Assembly (NCBI RefSeq): GCF_006345805.1
Contig: NC_043004.1
Location: 70,432,001 to 70,496,000, forward strand
Length of the DNA stretch: 64,000 nt
Reading direction: 5' to 3'
From: Octopus sinensis
Taxonomy: Eukaryota
Position 1 is the stretch's first letter. Each line of letters begins with the position of its first letter. Positions 1-12,875 of the stretch are shown here, piece by piece. Made by a program: the position numbers and the translations under genes. The notes beneath the pieces were generated by a model, which saw nothing but the letters and a program-made list of their open reading frames with translations, searched no databases and was not told the origin of the DNA.

Positions 1-14
1 CATACATACATACA

Positions 15-48
<34 letters not shown>

Positions 49-1378
49 CACACGTATATCTACATATACACATGAACACACACATACACGCATGTCATTT
101 TATTGAATAGGAGAAAACAAAAGAAGAATGAATAATATACTTGAAACCATTTCTTTATTAAATGCAATAAACCCAAACAAAGCATATACACATCCACACA
201 CATATATACACAAACACATGTGTGTAATGTTAGATTTAAGTAGTGAAATTAATCTTCAATGAATGCAATTAAACAATAGACTTCATTTTAATTAGAAAGC
301 AACTTCTTAATCCCCAGAGCATAATCAATAGCTCAACTTCTTGACACTCAAGGTAACAAAGAAAACTAATGTTCCCTTAGAGAAATAATCCTTTACCAGG
401 AGAATTGCTAGACCCTTATTTTAAAACTGCCCTTATTTGTTAATCCTATTAATTTAGGTTCAAATATACCATCAGCTACATTTTTGATTTGTGAAAATAC
501 CACTGAACCTTATTGTGGTTTGAGGAGCTTTTTGGAGAAACAAACGTGTTTCCCAAATTAACAATTTTAGCCCTGAGTACAGGAAGATAACAAGAGCCCC
601 ACAACCAGAATACGTAAAAATGCAGAGTTCTAAATAAGAATAGACTGAAAGTGAACTGCTAAATGAAAGCATGTTATATTAATGATATAATCTGGAAACT
701 GGTGAAGGCACATTGCTAAGTGGTCTGAGTATTTGGCTCACGATTGTAAGGCCATGAGTTCAATTACCAGTGGTGCATTGTACTCTTGAGCAAGAAACTT
801 TATTTCACATTGCTCCAGTTCACTCAACTGGCAAGAATGAGTAACCCTTTATTCAAGGCAGGGAGCCGGCAGAATTGTTAGCACACCAGGCAAAATGCTT
901 ACCAGTATTTCATCTGTCCTTACACTCTGAGTTCAAATTCCACCAAGGTTGACTTCATTTTTCATCATTTTGGGGTCGATAAAATAAGTACCGGTTAAAC
1001 ACTGGAGTCAATGTAATCTACTAGTCCCCAGCCCCAAAATTAAATTTCAGGCTTTGTGCCTATAGTAGAAAGGATATTATCTGGAAATCTGTGAATTTAG
1101 AAGCAACACCACATCATTATAACCACTCTTGTCTACTGACTAAGTATCAGGAGTCCTCACTTTAGCTTTCATCTTTTACTTGTTTCTGTCATGCTGGAGC
1201 ACCACCTTTAAGGATTATTTGTTTCAGCCATGCTGGAGCACCACCTTGAAGGGTTTAGTTGATGAAGTCAACCCCAGTACTCATTTTAGCTGATCACCAA
1301 TGTATGGGGGTGTGAATAAAGGAACAGTGGTTGTCAAACACAGAGACACACAAACATACATACACATATGTATATAAA

Positions 1379-1494
1379 TACAGTGTACATTTAAACACAT
1401 AGGATTCCTTTCACACTAGAAGGAACAGCTGTTGCTTCTAGCATGAAAGGAATCCTATGATGGATAACTCTTATGTGTTTAAATGTACACTGTA
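1379..1494. repeat. Imperfect palindrome centred on AACAGCTGTT
   Basis: TACAGTGTACATTTAAACACATA / TATGTGTTTAAATGTACACTGTA arms plus inner CATAGGATTCCTTTCA / TGAAAGGAATCCTATG arms. Confidence 0.85.
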
Positions 1495-1521
1495 TCTATA
1501 TGAATAATATATAGTCTATTG

Positions 1522-1845
1522 TGAAGGTGCGTGGCTTAGTGGTGAGGGCATTCGGCTCATGATTGTAAGGTCGTGAGTTCGATTCCAGGCAACGCGTTGT
1601 GTCCTTGAGCAAGACACTTTATTTCACATTGCTCCAGTCCACTCAGCTGGCAAAAATGAGTTGCACCTGTACTTCAAAGGGCTGGTCTTGTCACACTCTG
1701 TGTCACACTGAATCTCCCTGAGAACTACGTTAGGGGTACACGTGTCTGTGGATTGCTCAGTCACTTGCACGTTAATTTCACGAGCAGGCTGTTCTGTTGA
1801 TTGTATCAGCTGCGACCCTCGTCGCCATAACCGACAGAGTGCTCC
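1522..1845 (+). mobile_element. tRNA-derived SINE family B with 14-bp TSD; other copies 704-846, 20252-20555 (12-bp TSD TGTTCTGATTAA), 29859-30165 (-)
   Basis: A box TGGCTTAGTGG, B box GAGTTCGATTCC, GTGTCCTTGAGCAAGACACTT core; TATATAGTCTATTG at 1508-1521 and 1846-1859. Confidence 0.9.
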
Positions 1846-2133
1846 TATATAGTCTATTGACTAATTTTTCTACATGCTGGGCCACAGGTAGTAAAAATTT
1901 CTAAAATCTTCATTACCCTGATATTATTAATTATATGTATGCATATACAGGACAGACTTTTCTTTATGTTCTGAGTCCAAATTCCACCGGAGTTGACTTT
2001 GCCTTTCATCCTTTCAGGGTTGATAAATTAAGCACCAGTTGCATACTGGGGTCCATCTACTCGACTGACTACCCACCACCTCAAAAATTTCTGGCCTTGT
2101 ACCTAGAGTAGAAAAGACTTCCACACAGTTTCT

Positions 2134-2360
2134 TATTTCTTTGCTGCCCACAAGGGGCTACACAGAGATGGGACAAACAAGGACAGACAAAGGGATTAGG
2201 TCGATTACATCGACCCCAGTGCGTAACTGGTACATAATTTATCGACCCTGAAAGGATGAAAGGGAAAGTCGACCTCGGCGGAATTTGAACTCAGAACGTA
2301 ACGGCAGATGAAATACTGCTAAGCATTTCACCTGGCGTGCTAATGTTTCTGCCAGCTCGC
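2134..2360 (-). mobile_element. SINE family C with 10-bp TSD; copies 3911-4130 (+), 25983-26214 (+), 27075-27305 (+), 33525-33750 (-), 58932-59147 (-), plus older variants at 857-1080, 11458-11670, 48960-49170, 49545-49985, 61755-61965
   Basis: GGCAGAAACGTTAGCACGCC...CTGAGTTCAAATTCCGCC head and AAAGAAATAAGAA tail; CACAGTTTCT at 2124-2133 and 2361-2370. Confidence 0.9.
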
Positions 2361-2552
2361 CACAGTTTCTATCAACCAAATTCACTCATTAATTGTCCTG
2401 GGGCTATATAGAAGACACCTACTACTCAAATTAGCTTGTAATAACTTTGAAATAATAGCAATAAATCCACACACACACACGCGTATGCACGCATACACAT
2501 ACACACACACATATGCGCACATACATGTGTGCACGCATACACGCACACACAC

Positions 2553-2935
2553 CTTTTATTATTTACTTGTTTTAGTCATTAGGCTGTGGCCATGCTGGGG
2601 CACTACCTTGAAGAGTTTTTAGTGAAATGAATCGATCCCAGAACTTATTTTTTTAAAGCCCGATACTTATTCTATCAGTTTCTTTTTGCCTAACCACTAA
2701 GTTACAGGGACACAAACATACCAACACTGGTTGTCAAGTGGTGGTAGAGGACAAACATACACACACACACATACATATATGACACCTTTTTTCAGTTTGT
2801 GCCTACCAAACCACTCACAAGGTTTTAGTTAGCCTGAGGCTACAGTAGAAGACACTTGCCCAAAGTGCCATGCAGTGGGATTGAACCCAGAACCATGTGG
2901 TTGGGAAATAAGCTTCTCCCCACACAAACATGCCT
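2553..2935 (-). mobile_element. SINE family A, minus-strand copy; others 1160-1370, 4425-4660, 11845-12240, 25270-25455, 31133-31320, 33308-33500, 55095-55471
   Basis: Reverse complement of 7582-7987. Confidence 0.9.
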
Positions 2936-4741
2936 ATGTATATCTGTAATAAAATATATTTTTCATAATGACTGTAATAGCCTACTGTTGAAAGATTTGA
3001 ACCTGTGACCATATCTTAAATAATTTAACACCACTCATCAACCAGAAATATCTTTAAAATCAGCAATCTAATTTTCCTTTAAAATCTTGGACAAAATACC
3101 ACAAATCCACGGTCACATTTCCCCCTCTAACTTTGGAATCTATTGATTTAAAAGTAAAGGAAAATTTCCAAATATTTTTTTTCTACAAGAAGAAAAAAGC
3201 AACAATAAAACTTTACAAATCATTGATTTTATTTCTTGTTTTCACATATCAAATTGTTACCTACACACACACACACATACTCACATACTCATGCATACAC
3301 ACACATACATAAATATATACGCATACATACAGTCAAGCTCACTTGGAATCTATCTCACCTTATTGATTAAACACAAAGGTTCAAGGAGTAGAAATCTTTG
3401 ATCTCCTCTTTAGCAAGAGGAAAAAATTTAAAGAAAGAAAGAAAGAATGAAAGAACAAGGGCCATAGACACACATTAGGAAATACTTTGATCTTGATGTG
3501 ATGTGATGGTTTGTTGAGAATTGTGAAACTAAATACAGTAAAACAATATTAACCTTCCCCACACACACACATACACACAACACACACAATCAAAGATTGC
3601 AATGAAAGAATTTGAAGATTGATTTATCTTCTTATCTTTGAGTAATTTCTGTGGGGCTTTTATTTTATTTTGAAATTTTGTTGTCTCTTTTTCCTCGCTG
3701 GTAAAGACTGATTAGTTAAAATACGGTACTTTACGAGCTTCAACTGCTTAAATAGGTATTGTGATAATGTCCTTGGTCACCTTACCCTACTTCTCTTGGA
3801 TCTGGAACCTTTAACAGAACTTCTGTATCTCAAACTGGAGAATAATCCTTTCCATTAAAGGCACAAGGCTTGAAATTTGGTAGAAAGGGGGACCAGAAAT
3901 TTGGTAGAAGGGCAGCAAGCTGGCAGAAACATTAGCATGGCCGGCGAAATGCCAAGCGGTATTTCGTCTGCCGTTACGTTCTGAGTTCAAATTCCGCCAA
4001 GGTTGACTTTGCCTTTCATCCTTTCGGGGTTGATAAATTAAGTACAAGTTACGCACTGGGGTCGATGTAATCAACTTAATCCCTTTGTCCCCTCTATGCT
4101 TAGCCCCTTGTGGGCAATAAAGAAATAAGAAGGGGGACCAGTTGATTACATCAACCCAAGTGTTTCACTGGTATTTAATTTATCTACCCCAAAAGGATGA
4201 AAACCAAAGTTGACCTCGGTGGAATTAGAACAGACAAAATGGTGCTAAGCATTTTGCCCAGAGTGCAAATGATTCTGCCAGTTTAGTGCCTTATAAATGG
4301 GGAAAAAATTACTCTCCTCAGACACAATCAAAACCCAAGATTTTGTTTGTTATTGTTGTTCTTTAGCCCCAGTTCAATTCTGATCAAGAAAACTTATTTT
4401 TCTTTAGTTTTTTTCTTTTTTTAAATCTTTTCACTTGTTTCAGTATTTAGACTGTGGCCATGCTGGTGTACTGCTTTGGAGAAGTTTTAGTTGAATTTAT
4501 TGACCCCATTACTTAATTTTTGCTAAGTCTGGTACTTAATATATCAGGGCCTTTTTTTTTTTGCCAAACTGTGAAGTTAAGGGGATGAAAACAAACCAGC
4601 ACTGTTGTCAAGTGGTGGCAGGGGACAAACACAGACATAAAGACATACACACACACACACACATACACTCATATATATATATACGTAGGTGTTAACAGAA
4701 ATGAAAAGATAGTAATGGTCATATAATTATAGATGTAAAAA

Positions 4742-4780
<39 letters not shown>

Positions 4781-4837
4781 TACAGTACTGTTTCTACTTC
4801 ATTTTGTATTTTATATTTTCTTTTTGTAACATATTTC

Positions 4838-4892
<55 letters not shown>

Positions 4893-5239
4893 CAAATATA
4901 CACATACAAATATATACATACATACAGACAGATAGACAGTTAGATAGATTGATAGATATGTATAGGTATGTATGTGCATGTGAGGGTAAACAACAGGTTG
5001 TAGAAAATCTGTCAAAACAAAAATCCCAACTCAGGTAAGTGTGGAAAAGTAGGTGTTAAATGATGATGATGATGATTAGCATCATCATCATCATCATGAG
5101 TTCTGTCTGAAACATTCAATTTTGTCTTTTCCTCATAGCAAACCAATTTATTCCACATTTGAATTATTCATATCTATTATCATACTAACAACCTACCAAT
5201 TTGAGAAGTAAAACCTAATTTTTCACACTTAAGCGGATA

Positions 5240-5458
5240 CAGTAATCCCTCAATTATCATGAGTGTTACGTTCCAAAAACCCCCTCCTGATAGGTGAAGA
5301 TCCATGAAGTAGAAACAGTACTGTATATTTTTTTCATTATTTTTATAATTTGTGTATATTTATTCTATTACCAATGCAAGACAACACCCCAGAGGAATCA
5401 ACATAAGCTTAAATAATAAACCGTGATAGGTGAACCGTGAAATGGCAAGGGATTACTG
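5240..5458. mobile_element. pogo/Tigger-like MITE
   Basis: TA|CAGTAATCCCT...AGGGATTACTG|TA terminal inverted repeats with TA target duplication. Confidence 0.85.
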
Positions 5459-5633
5459 TATAGTAATACAGAAAATAGTGTAATTATACTATTTAATACA
5501 ATATGTATTAAAATGTTAACCAGAAACAATTAATGATTGCTCCTGTTAGGGCAGACCTATTTAGAAATAATAATTAAGTTAGTGTTAGCATATCTAATGC
5601 TAAGAGTATTAAAAAGCTAACTAGAAATATCTA

Positions 5634-5848
5634 AGAGGATTGCTGAAAAGTTCCTGGCTTTAAGGGTATCGCAAAAGGCCTGGTTGGAGGCCCAACCTTC
5701 TGAATTCTTTTACAGGGTTAAAAAAACTGAAGGACCGCTGCAATAGATATATGAATCTGAGAAGGGAATATTTTGAATAAAATCATAATTAACTGCTCCT
5801 TCTGTGTTTTCTTTTACTCAAAGACAGGAGCTTTTCAGCACCCCTTCA
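5634..5848 (+). mobile_element. mariner-derived MITE
   Basis: TA-flanked TIRs (TGCTGAAAAGTTCCTG / CAGGAGCTTTTCAGCA); internal VKKLKDRCNRYMNLRREYFE* resembles a mariner C-terminus. Confidence 0.75.
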
Positions 5849-6498
5849 TATGTGGTGAGGCAGGTAGACAGATATAGAGAGAAAACATTGAAATACAGGA
5901 AGCCTTGTAAAGTTAAATAGCATAATTTATGCAGTGAGACAGACAGACATTGTTACTCAATATGAATTTAATAAAGATTGTATTTAAAAAACTAATTAGA
6001 AATAATTATGTGGCAAGGAAAATACAATATTAGTCATTAACTAGTATTATTTTATTTATTTCAGCAACAATGGAAGACCACATTAAATGTTGTAGGGTCA
6101 CTCATTGTGACATTGTCTGTGAAGCATGGCCTGCTCCATATTCACTGAACTAATGATGAGAGAACCAGTAAATAAATATACAAGATTGTATACTGGTTTG
6201 GCCTTGCAGTCACCAAGTCCTAGGATCAATTCCACCGAGTGGTATATTGAACAAGTATCTTTTACCTTAGCTTGGAGTGACCCAAGGCTACTGAGTGAAA
6301 TTGGATAGATGGAAACTATGTGTATGCTATCAGATATATTTTAGCTGTACTATAAATGTCCAGCCTTGTCACATACTGTGTTTCATAATAATTCTACTTA
6401 AGAATTATTTTAAGGGTTTCTGGAAGTTTCTCTAAAGTCACATTGTAAATCAATGAACTGGTAGTTTCTGTTGTTTGATCAACATTAGTGAGGCTTAC

Positions 6499-6603
6499 AT
6501 TTGCAAGACCATGACCCCTGAGGGGGTATCTTAATGCTAGGGAATAAGGGACAAAGGTAGGTAAATGTATGATAGAAGGGGCCAAAGCAGAACAGGTTTC
6601 AAC
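6499..6603 (-). CDS. Putative internal coding exon (105 nt, phase 0-0) of an unidentified minus-strand gene: VETCSALAPSIIHLPTFVPYSLALRYPLRGHGLAN
   Basis: Minus strand reads ttcctctacAG|GTTGAAACC...GCAAAT|GTaagc. Only one frame is open across the exon. Sequence is unique and non-repetitive. Confidence 0.7.
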
Positions 6604-6796
6604 CTGTAGAGGAACTAAGTGACTGCTCAATTTCAGATGAGAGGGCCAAAGTGATCCATTAAGAACCATTATATAGGCCACTAACATGGTTTATTGTTAT
6701 ACTTCAACAGAGGCTTGCTTATTTTATATAAATACATTATACACCATTATCTCCAATTCCAATTCTTTCAGGCTTAAATATAGAAAATAATCTAGT

Positions 6797-7093
6797 GAAG
6801 GCACATGGCTTAGTGGTTAGAGCATTCGGCTCACAATCAAGAGGTAATGAGTTCTATTCCCAGACTGGGCTGTGTGTTGTGTTCTTGAACAAGACATTTT
6901 ATCTCACATTGCTCCAGTTAGTGCCAAGCTGTATCGGTCTTTGCCTTTCCCTTGGATAACATTGGTGGCATGGAGAGAGGAGGTTGGTATGCATGAGCAA
7001 CTGCCGGTCTTCCATAAACAGTCTTACCCAGACTTGTGCCTTAGAGGATAACTTTCTAGTCCTCTAGTCATTCATGACTGAAGGGGGTCTTTT
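6797..7093 (+). mobile_element. tRNA-derived SINE family E; second copy 47788-48236 with internal duplication and TACCCAGCTCA flanking repeat; head fragment at 63945-64000
   Basis: TGGCTTAGTGGTTAGAGC head and shared GAGGCTGGTATGCATG...GTCATTCATGACC body. Confidence 0.8.
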
Positions 7094-7581
7094 ATTATTT
7101 GTCCTTGTAGTCATACATACAAGAAAAGACAGAAAATTGAGTCAGGAACTAGCTTATAATTTTTCATTGAGGCACATGAAAAATTCTGAACACCAGTACG
7201 CACACACACACACCACACACACACACAAATATGCACGCACACAAACAAAGAAACAAACATGTCTTTTCTCATTATAGTGTATCAGCTTACAATGATCATA
7301 AGTAATTTACATAATCTTTTGTGAATATCTGTAATTATTAAACATTATATACATATACACATGTATTTATATGCATACATATATGCAAACATAAATATAC
7401 ATATGTGTGTATGTGCATGTGTGTGTGTGCACATGTATGTATGTATGAGTATATACATGTATATAAATACACATACACCCACATTCATACATATAAACAC
7501 AAACACAGACATGCATGTATAGATATTTATGTACATAGTTGTATATACACATTCATTGATATGAATACATACACATATATA

Positions 7582-7987
7582 GGCGCAGGAGTGGCTGTGT
7601 GGTAAGTAGCTTGCTAACCAACCACATGGTTCCGGGTTCAGTCCCACTGCATGGCATCTTGAGCAAGTGTCTCCTGCTATAGCTCCGGGCCGACCAATGC
7701 CTTGTGAGTGGATTTGGTAGACGGAAACTGAAAGAAGCCTGTCGTATATATGAATATATATATATGTGTATGTGTGTGTGTTTGTGTATCTGTTTGTCCC
7801 CCTAGCATTGCTTGACAACCGATGCTGGTGTGTTTACGTCCCCGTCACTTAGCAGTTTGGCAAGAGACCGATAGAATAAGTACTGGGCTTACAAAGAATA
7901 AGTCCTGGGGTTGATTTGATCGACTAAAGGCGGTGCTCCAGCATGGCTGCAGTCAAATGACTGAAACAAGTAAAAGAGTAAAAGAGT
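7582..7987 (+). mobile_element. tRNA-derived SINE family A, full length; other + copies 13190-13525, 16652-17052, 32605-33150, 42560-42910, 43399-43792, 45046-45472, 59413-59823; partial 9523-9760
   Basis: Head GGCGCAGGAGTGGCTGTGTGG...GGTTCAGTCCC (A/B-box like), CORE-like CTTGGGCAAGTGTCTT, central microsatellite and AAAAGAGT tail. Resembles octopus tRNA-SINEs; exact family name not verified. Confidence 0.9.
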
Positions 7988-8493
7988 ATATATAACTACA
8001 CACACACACACACTCACACACTCACACAGGAATAATCAAAGAATTGACATAATTATATGTAAGTGGAAACACTTAGTGTGTTCAATTTGTCAAATAAAAA
8101 CAACCGACCAATCCAACTTATGCCTTTGTGAAGTTTGGAAGAAATTTGAGAAATCATTCAAAACAGTTCCAAAACGGGTCAGTCTACAAGTTTGGGTTAC
8201 CATGGCTATGGTTTGGAGCTGTACAGATACCATTTGAATGCATTTTACACTGTGTGTAATAAGTACTCTTAATTAAATCATAAAGTTTTCATAGCTTGCT
8301 AAATGTAATGCAACATGAATAACTTGATATACATAGAGAGAGAGAGAGATAAAACTTACTTGGAAGAATAAGAAAACGACGCGTGGCGTTCAATCATATA
8401 ATAGCAATTTAATAAATAAAACATATGCATACATACATACATATATGTACATACCTACATCTGTATGTATATATACATGTAGATGTAAGTATG

Positions 8494-8524
<31 letters not shown>

Positions 8525-8541
8525 TTTATTTATTAAATTAT

Positions 8542-8614
<73 letters not shown>

Positions 8615-9315
8615 GCTTGTGGGCAAAGAGAGAGAGAGAGATAGGCTTGTGGGCAAAGAGAGAGAGAGAAGGGTGGGTAAACAAATAAACACGTGGACAG
8701 GTGGACTGACGGACAGGCGGACTGACGGACAGACAGACAAACATACTGATTGGTAAAGCGATGGACAAAGAGAAAAGGAGAGACTTGCTTACAGACCGAC
8801 AGGCAAGCAGACAGACGGGCAGAGAGACAGGTAGATAGACAGACAGATAGACAGATAAATAAACGGTTGTATGGACTGATAGGTAAACAAACTGATGGAT
8901 AGCCAGGCATGCAGATAGATATATATAGACTGAAAGAAAGAAAGAAAGAGAGAAAGAAAGAAAGAGAGAAAGAAAGAAAGAAAGAAAGAAAGAGAGACAG
9001 ATGGATAGATAGATATGGATGATAGACAGACAGACAGAAAGACAAGTTTGCATAAATAGTGAGAAAATAGAGAGAAAAATAGAAAACTATTAGCTATAAA
9101 GTTAGAAAACACTCACATTAGCTCTCTATATATATACTCTCTGTTCAGACAACTTGTGTAGAATGACCAACCGGCTTCTACAAGACTACTTAAATTAAGC
9201 GGCATTAAAATAAGGCTGGTTCATAGGTGAGTCAATGAATGGTTGATGGTGTGGGGGTGGGAATGTCCTTTTATTTGTGCATTAATTCAGGTAGCTAAAA
9301 TAACAACTTATTCAC

Positions 9316-9399
9316 CTGTCTAGAATAACAAAATACATCAATTCTCAAGAGGCACTCCTTATCAACCAATGAACTGGTTGCAGGATATACATGGAATAG
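9316..9399 (-). CDS. Putative internal coding exon (84 nt, phase 0-0): LFHVYPATSSLVDKECLLRIDVFCYSRQ
   Basis: Minus strand reads cttttacaatcAG|CTATTC...AGACAG|GTgaat. Open frame; phase-compatible with 6499-6603. Confidence 0.7.
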
Positions 9400-9760
9400 C
9401 TGATTGTAAAAGACACTACAAGACACCACACACACACACACATGCATAAAAAAGAAACAAGTGTTTAAAGGTGTGTTTGTACATATATCTATATATGCAT
9501 TTACGTTCATAAATATATATGCATGTAGCTGTGTGGTAAGAAGCTTCTTTCCCAACCACATAGTTCTGGGTTCAGTCTCACAGTGTGACACCTTGGGCAA
9601 GAATCTTCTACTATAGCCTCGGGCCGATCAAAGCTTTGTGAGTGGATTTGGAAGATGGAAACTGAAAGAAGCCTGTTGCATATATATGTGTGTGTGTGTG
9701 TGTGTATGTCTTTGTGTCTGTGTTTATCCCCACTACCATCACTTGACAACCAATGTTGGT

Positions 9761-9995
9761 ATGAGACGACTATTGTTATCATTAGGCCTAACTCATCATA
9801 AAGTAAATACCATTATGACCGATATCCAAACTACAGTGGAAAAGTCTAACCACTGGATTTGGTTAAAAAGAGATGATGAGCAATGGCTAGAAGAATATTG
9901 AGCTATATTTAATAACCAGTTGAGCTAGCAAGCAGGGCCTCATATCAGTGAGGGGGGGGCGTGTGCATTGATGCCATCGAGAGTAACATCGTAAT
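9761..9995 (+). mobile_element. C-terminal fragment of an RLE-type non-LTR retrotransposon (HERO/NeSL-like)
   Basis: RRLLLSLGLTHHKVNTIMTDIQTTVEKSNHWIWLKRDDEQW* resembles the terminal helix and W-x-W-x-K-R motif of HERO-like ORFs (recognition from memory). Confidence 0.55.
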
Positions 9996-10297
9996 GACAT
10001 AATTACAACATCAGAATACAAGATAGAATCACAGTAATAATGTAAGTGAAGGGAATCCCCAAAAACTCATGGTGGTCTGTATCAGTTTGGATATGTTTGT
10101 ATGCCATGAGGACAGAAGGAAACTGATACTTGGGGAGTGACCCTTTGCGTAAAAGAAAAGAAACCCTTTGAAATGAATTTGTGTTTTCCTTTTGTCTGTT
10201 GGTCACATGATACATTGTTGTTGTCTGCTCTTTCCATTTGGTCACATTATGTAGATTGTTTAGTTGTTCAATGTGTCAGCAAATAATCTTCCCACCA

Positions 10298-10350
<53 letters not shown>

Positions 10351-12549
10351 CTCTCTCTCTCTCTCTCCTCTCTCTCCCTTTCTTTTTCCATTCAGCAACA
10401 TTTTCTGTTGGTTTGTTTTTTTTTCCTTATTATGCTTATCCTTGACTTCCCCTAATACACTTGCTTCCTCTTCCTTCTCCCCTTTTTGATATTGCTGTTT
10501 TTGCTTTTAGTAGGCAACAGGTCTTGAAAACCACACACACACACACACACAAACACATACACACACAAACACATACACACACACAAACATACATACACAC
10601 ACACATGCACATACGCACATGGACTCCCCCTCACATCTGATTCTATAATATATGAATGATGTAGGAATGTAAGAGGTAAATTCATTTTAATTACGAAAGA
10701 GGGAAACTGATACAGCTGCCGAAATGTCAGACACAATGTCATGTGGTATTTGATCGGCCTTTCTACATTCCAAGTTCAAATCCTACTGAAGTCAACTTTA
10801 CAGTCCATCAATTTGGGAGCTAATAAATAATCACCAGTTTAGGGCAGTGGATTAGAGGAATTGTGAGAACAGTATTTGGCAGATGTCTTGGATAACATCA
10901 ATGCTATAAGGGAACCACTGATCATCTTTAAAAAAATATTTGCTTGGCTTGCACCTTAGAGAGGAAATTTTCAAGGTCAAATCCATAGTTTCACGAGGCA
11001 TAAAAAGTCCTAGAAGGATGTGAGCATTTTTAGATTATACAATTCTATATTTAAGAGATGAGGAATTATGTACATTATTTACATTATTTACAATTGACAG
11101 ATATTTGTCCTCATCTTGTTTGTTGTTAACACAACATTGCAGTTGATATACCCTTCAGCCTTCATCAGATGTCTTGGGGAAATTTTGAACCTAGGTTCTC
11201 ATAACTAAAATTTACCCAAGACACCCTGATGAAGGCTGGAGGGTATATCAGCTGAAATGTTGTGTTAACAACAAACAAGATGAGGACAACAATCCGTCAA
11301 TTGTGAATAATGTAAATAATTTTTAGATTAGTAACAAATTTAGGGTGCATGTTATTCAGTTGGTTTTAATTAGAATGCAAATTGCACAAAATTAAATTAA
11401 GGAATGGAATGCAAAAATGTCTGAGATAAATTGTTGTTAATAACATTTTAATTAATTATGGCAGCAAGCTGGCAGAATCGTTAGCACACCAGCATGCTTG
11501 GTGGTATTTTGTGCATCTTTATGTTCTGAGTTCAAATTCTGCTGAGATCAGCTTTATCTTTCATCCTTTCGGGATCAATAAAATAAGCACCACTTGAACT
11601 CTAGGGGTCAATGCAATTGACTAAACCCATCCCCTGAAATTGCTGGCCTTGTGCCAAAATTTGGAGTTTGAAACCAATATTTTAATTAGAATGTTAATAT
11701 TCTTAGTTTGGAAATAAAGGTCCCTTGTTTCAAATTTTGTCTGGGATTATGTACATGTCTGTGAATAAGTGACTTGATGACAACTGAAAATTTAAACTCA
11801 TTGATGTCTTTAGAACTTAAATTAAGAAATATGCATTCTTTCATCCTTTTACTTGTCTCAGTCATTTGACTGTGGCCAGGGTTTTTCAGTCAAAGAAATC
11901 AAACCCAGGACTTATTCTTTGTAAGACTAGTATGTATTCTATCAGTCTCTTTTGCCAAATTGCTAAGTACGGGGTTGTAAGCATACCAACACTGGTTGTC
12001 AAGCAATGGTGGGGGGACAGACACAGACACATAGATACACACACACACATAAATATATACATATATATATATATATTCATATATGATAGGTTTCTTTCAG
12101 TTTCTGTCTTCCAAATCCACTCACTAGGCTTTGGTCAGCTCAAGGCTATAGTAAAAGACACCTGGCCAAGGTAACACATGATGGGACTGAACCCGGAACC
12201 ACGTGGTTAGGAAGCAAGCTTCTTACCACACAGCCACATGGAAACAGTTAATTTAAACTTGCATGCATGTGTGTGTGTGTGTTTGTATGTGTGTTGTTGT
12301 TGCAGTAAATGATCAATGAAAGAAAAATCAATATGTCACTCAAAAATATCAAGTTATATCTCTTAATGAAATGGTTGGTTTAGCAATTTCAATGAGATCA
12401 AGCTTTATGATATCTATTTAGACACAGAATTATTGGTTTTAGAATAGGTATATTATGAGCCTGCTTATCATCAGCAACTAAAAGGCTTGGTGACAGGAAG
12501 AGCATCTGGCCATGAAACACTTTCTCACAAAAACTGAACAGTAAATGAG

Positions 12550-12875
12550 GATTATGAGGATGATGGTTGGTGGTGGTGGTAATGACGATGATGATGATGA
12601 TGATGATGATGGTGAACAATGACAACGATGATGATGATGATGATGACAATGACAACAACAACAACGATGACAATGGTGGTGGTAGTGGTGGTGGTGGTGC
12701 TGATGATGATGATGATGAAGATGATGATGGTGATGATGACAATGATGATGATGATGATGATGATGACAATGACAACAACAACAACGATGACGTTGGTGGT
12801 GGTGGTGGTGCTGATGATGATGATGATGAAGATGATGATAATGACGATGACGACAAGGTTGACAATGATGACTGA
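12550..12875. repeat. Compound (GAT/GGT/CAA)n trinucleotide repeat with an internal duplication
   Basis: Poly-D/N/G and poly-M ORFs in all frames, with no unique flanking coding signal. Confidence 0.9.

Noticed and set aside
1522-1600. SINE heads as functional tRNA genes
   Set aside because: Cloverleafs are incomplete and run straight into SINE bodies with TSDs.
3361-3409. Minus-strand exon candidates at 3.4, 3.8, 30.5, 35.3, 36.0, 43.1 and 46.3 kb
   Set aside because: Each has only one good splice site, overlaps a SINE end, or has a phase that does not fit the exon chain.
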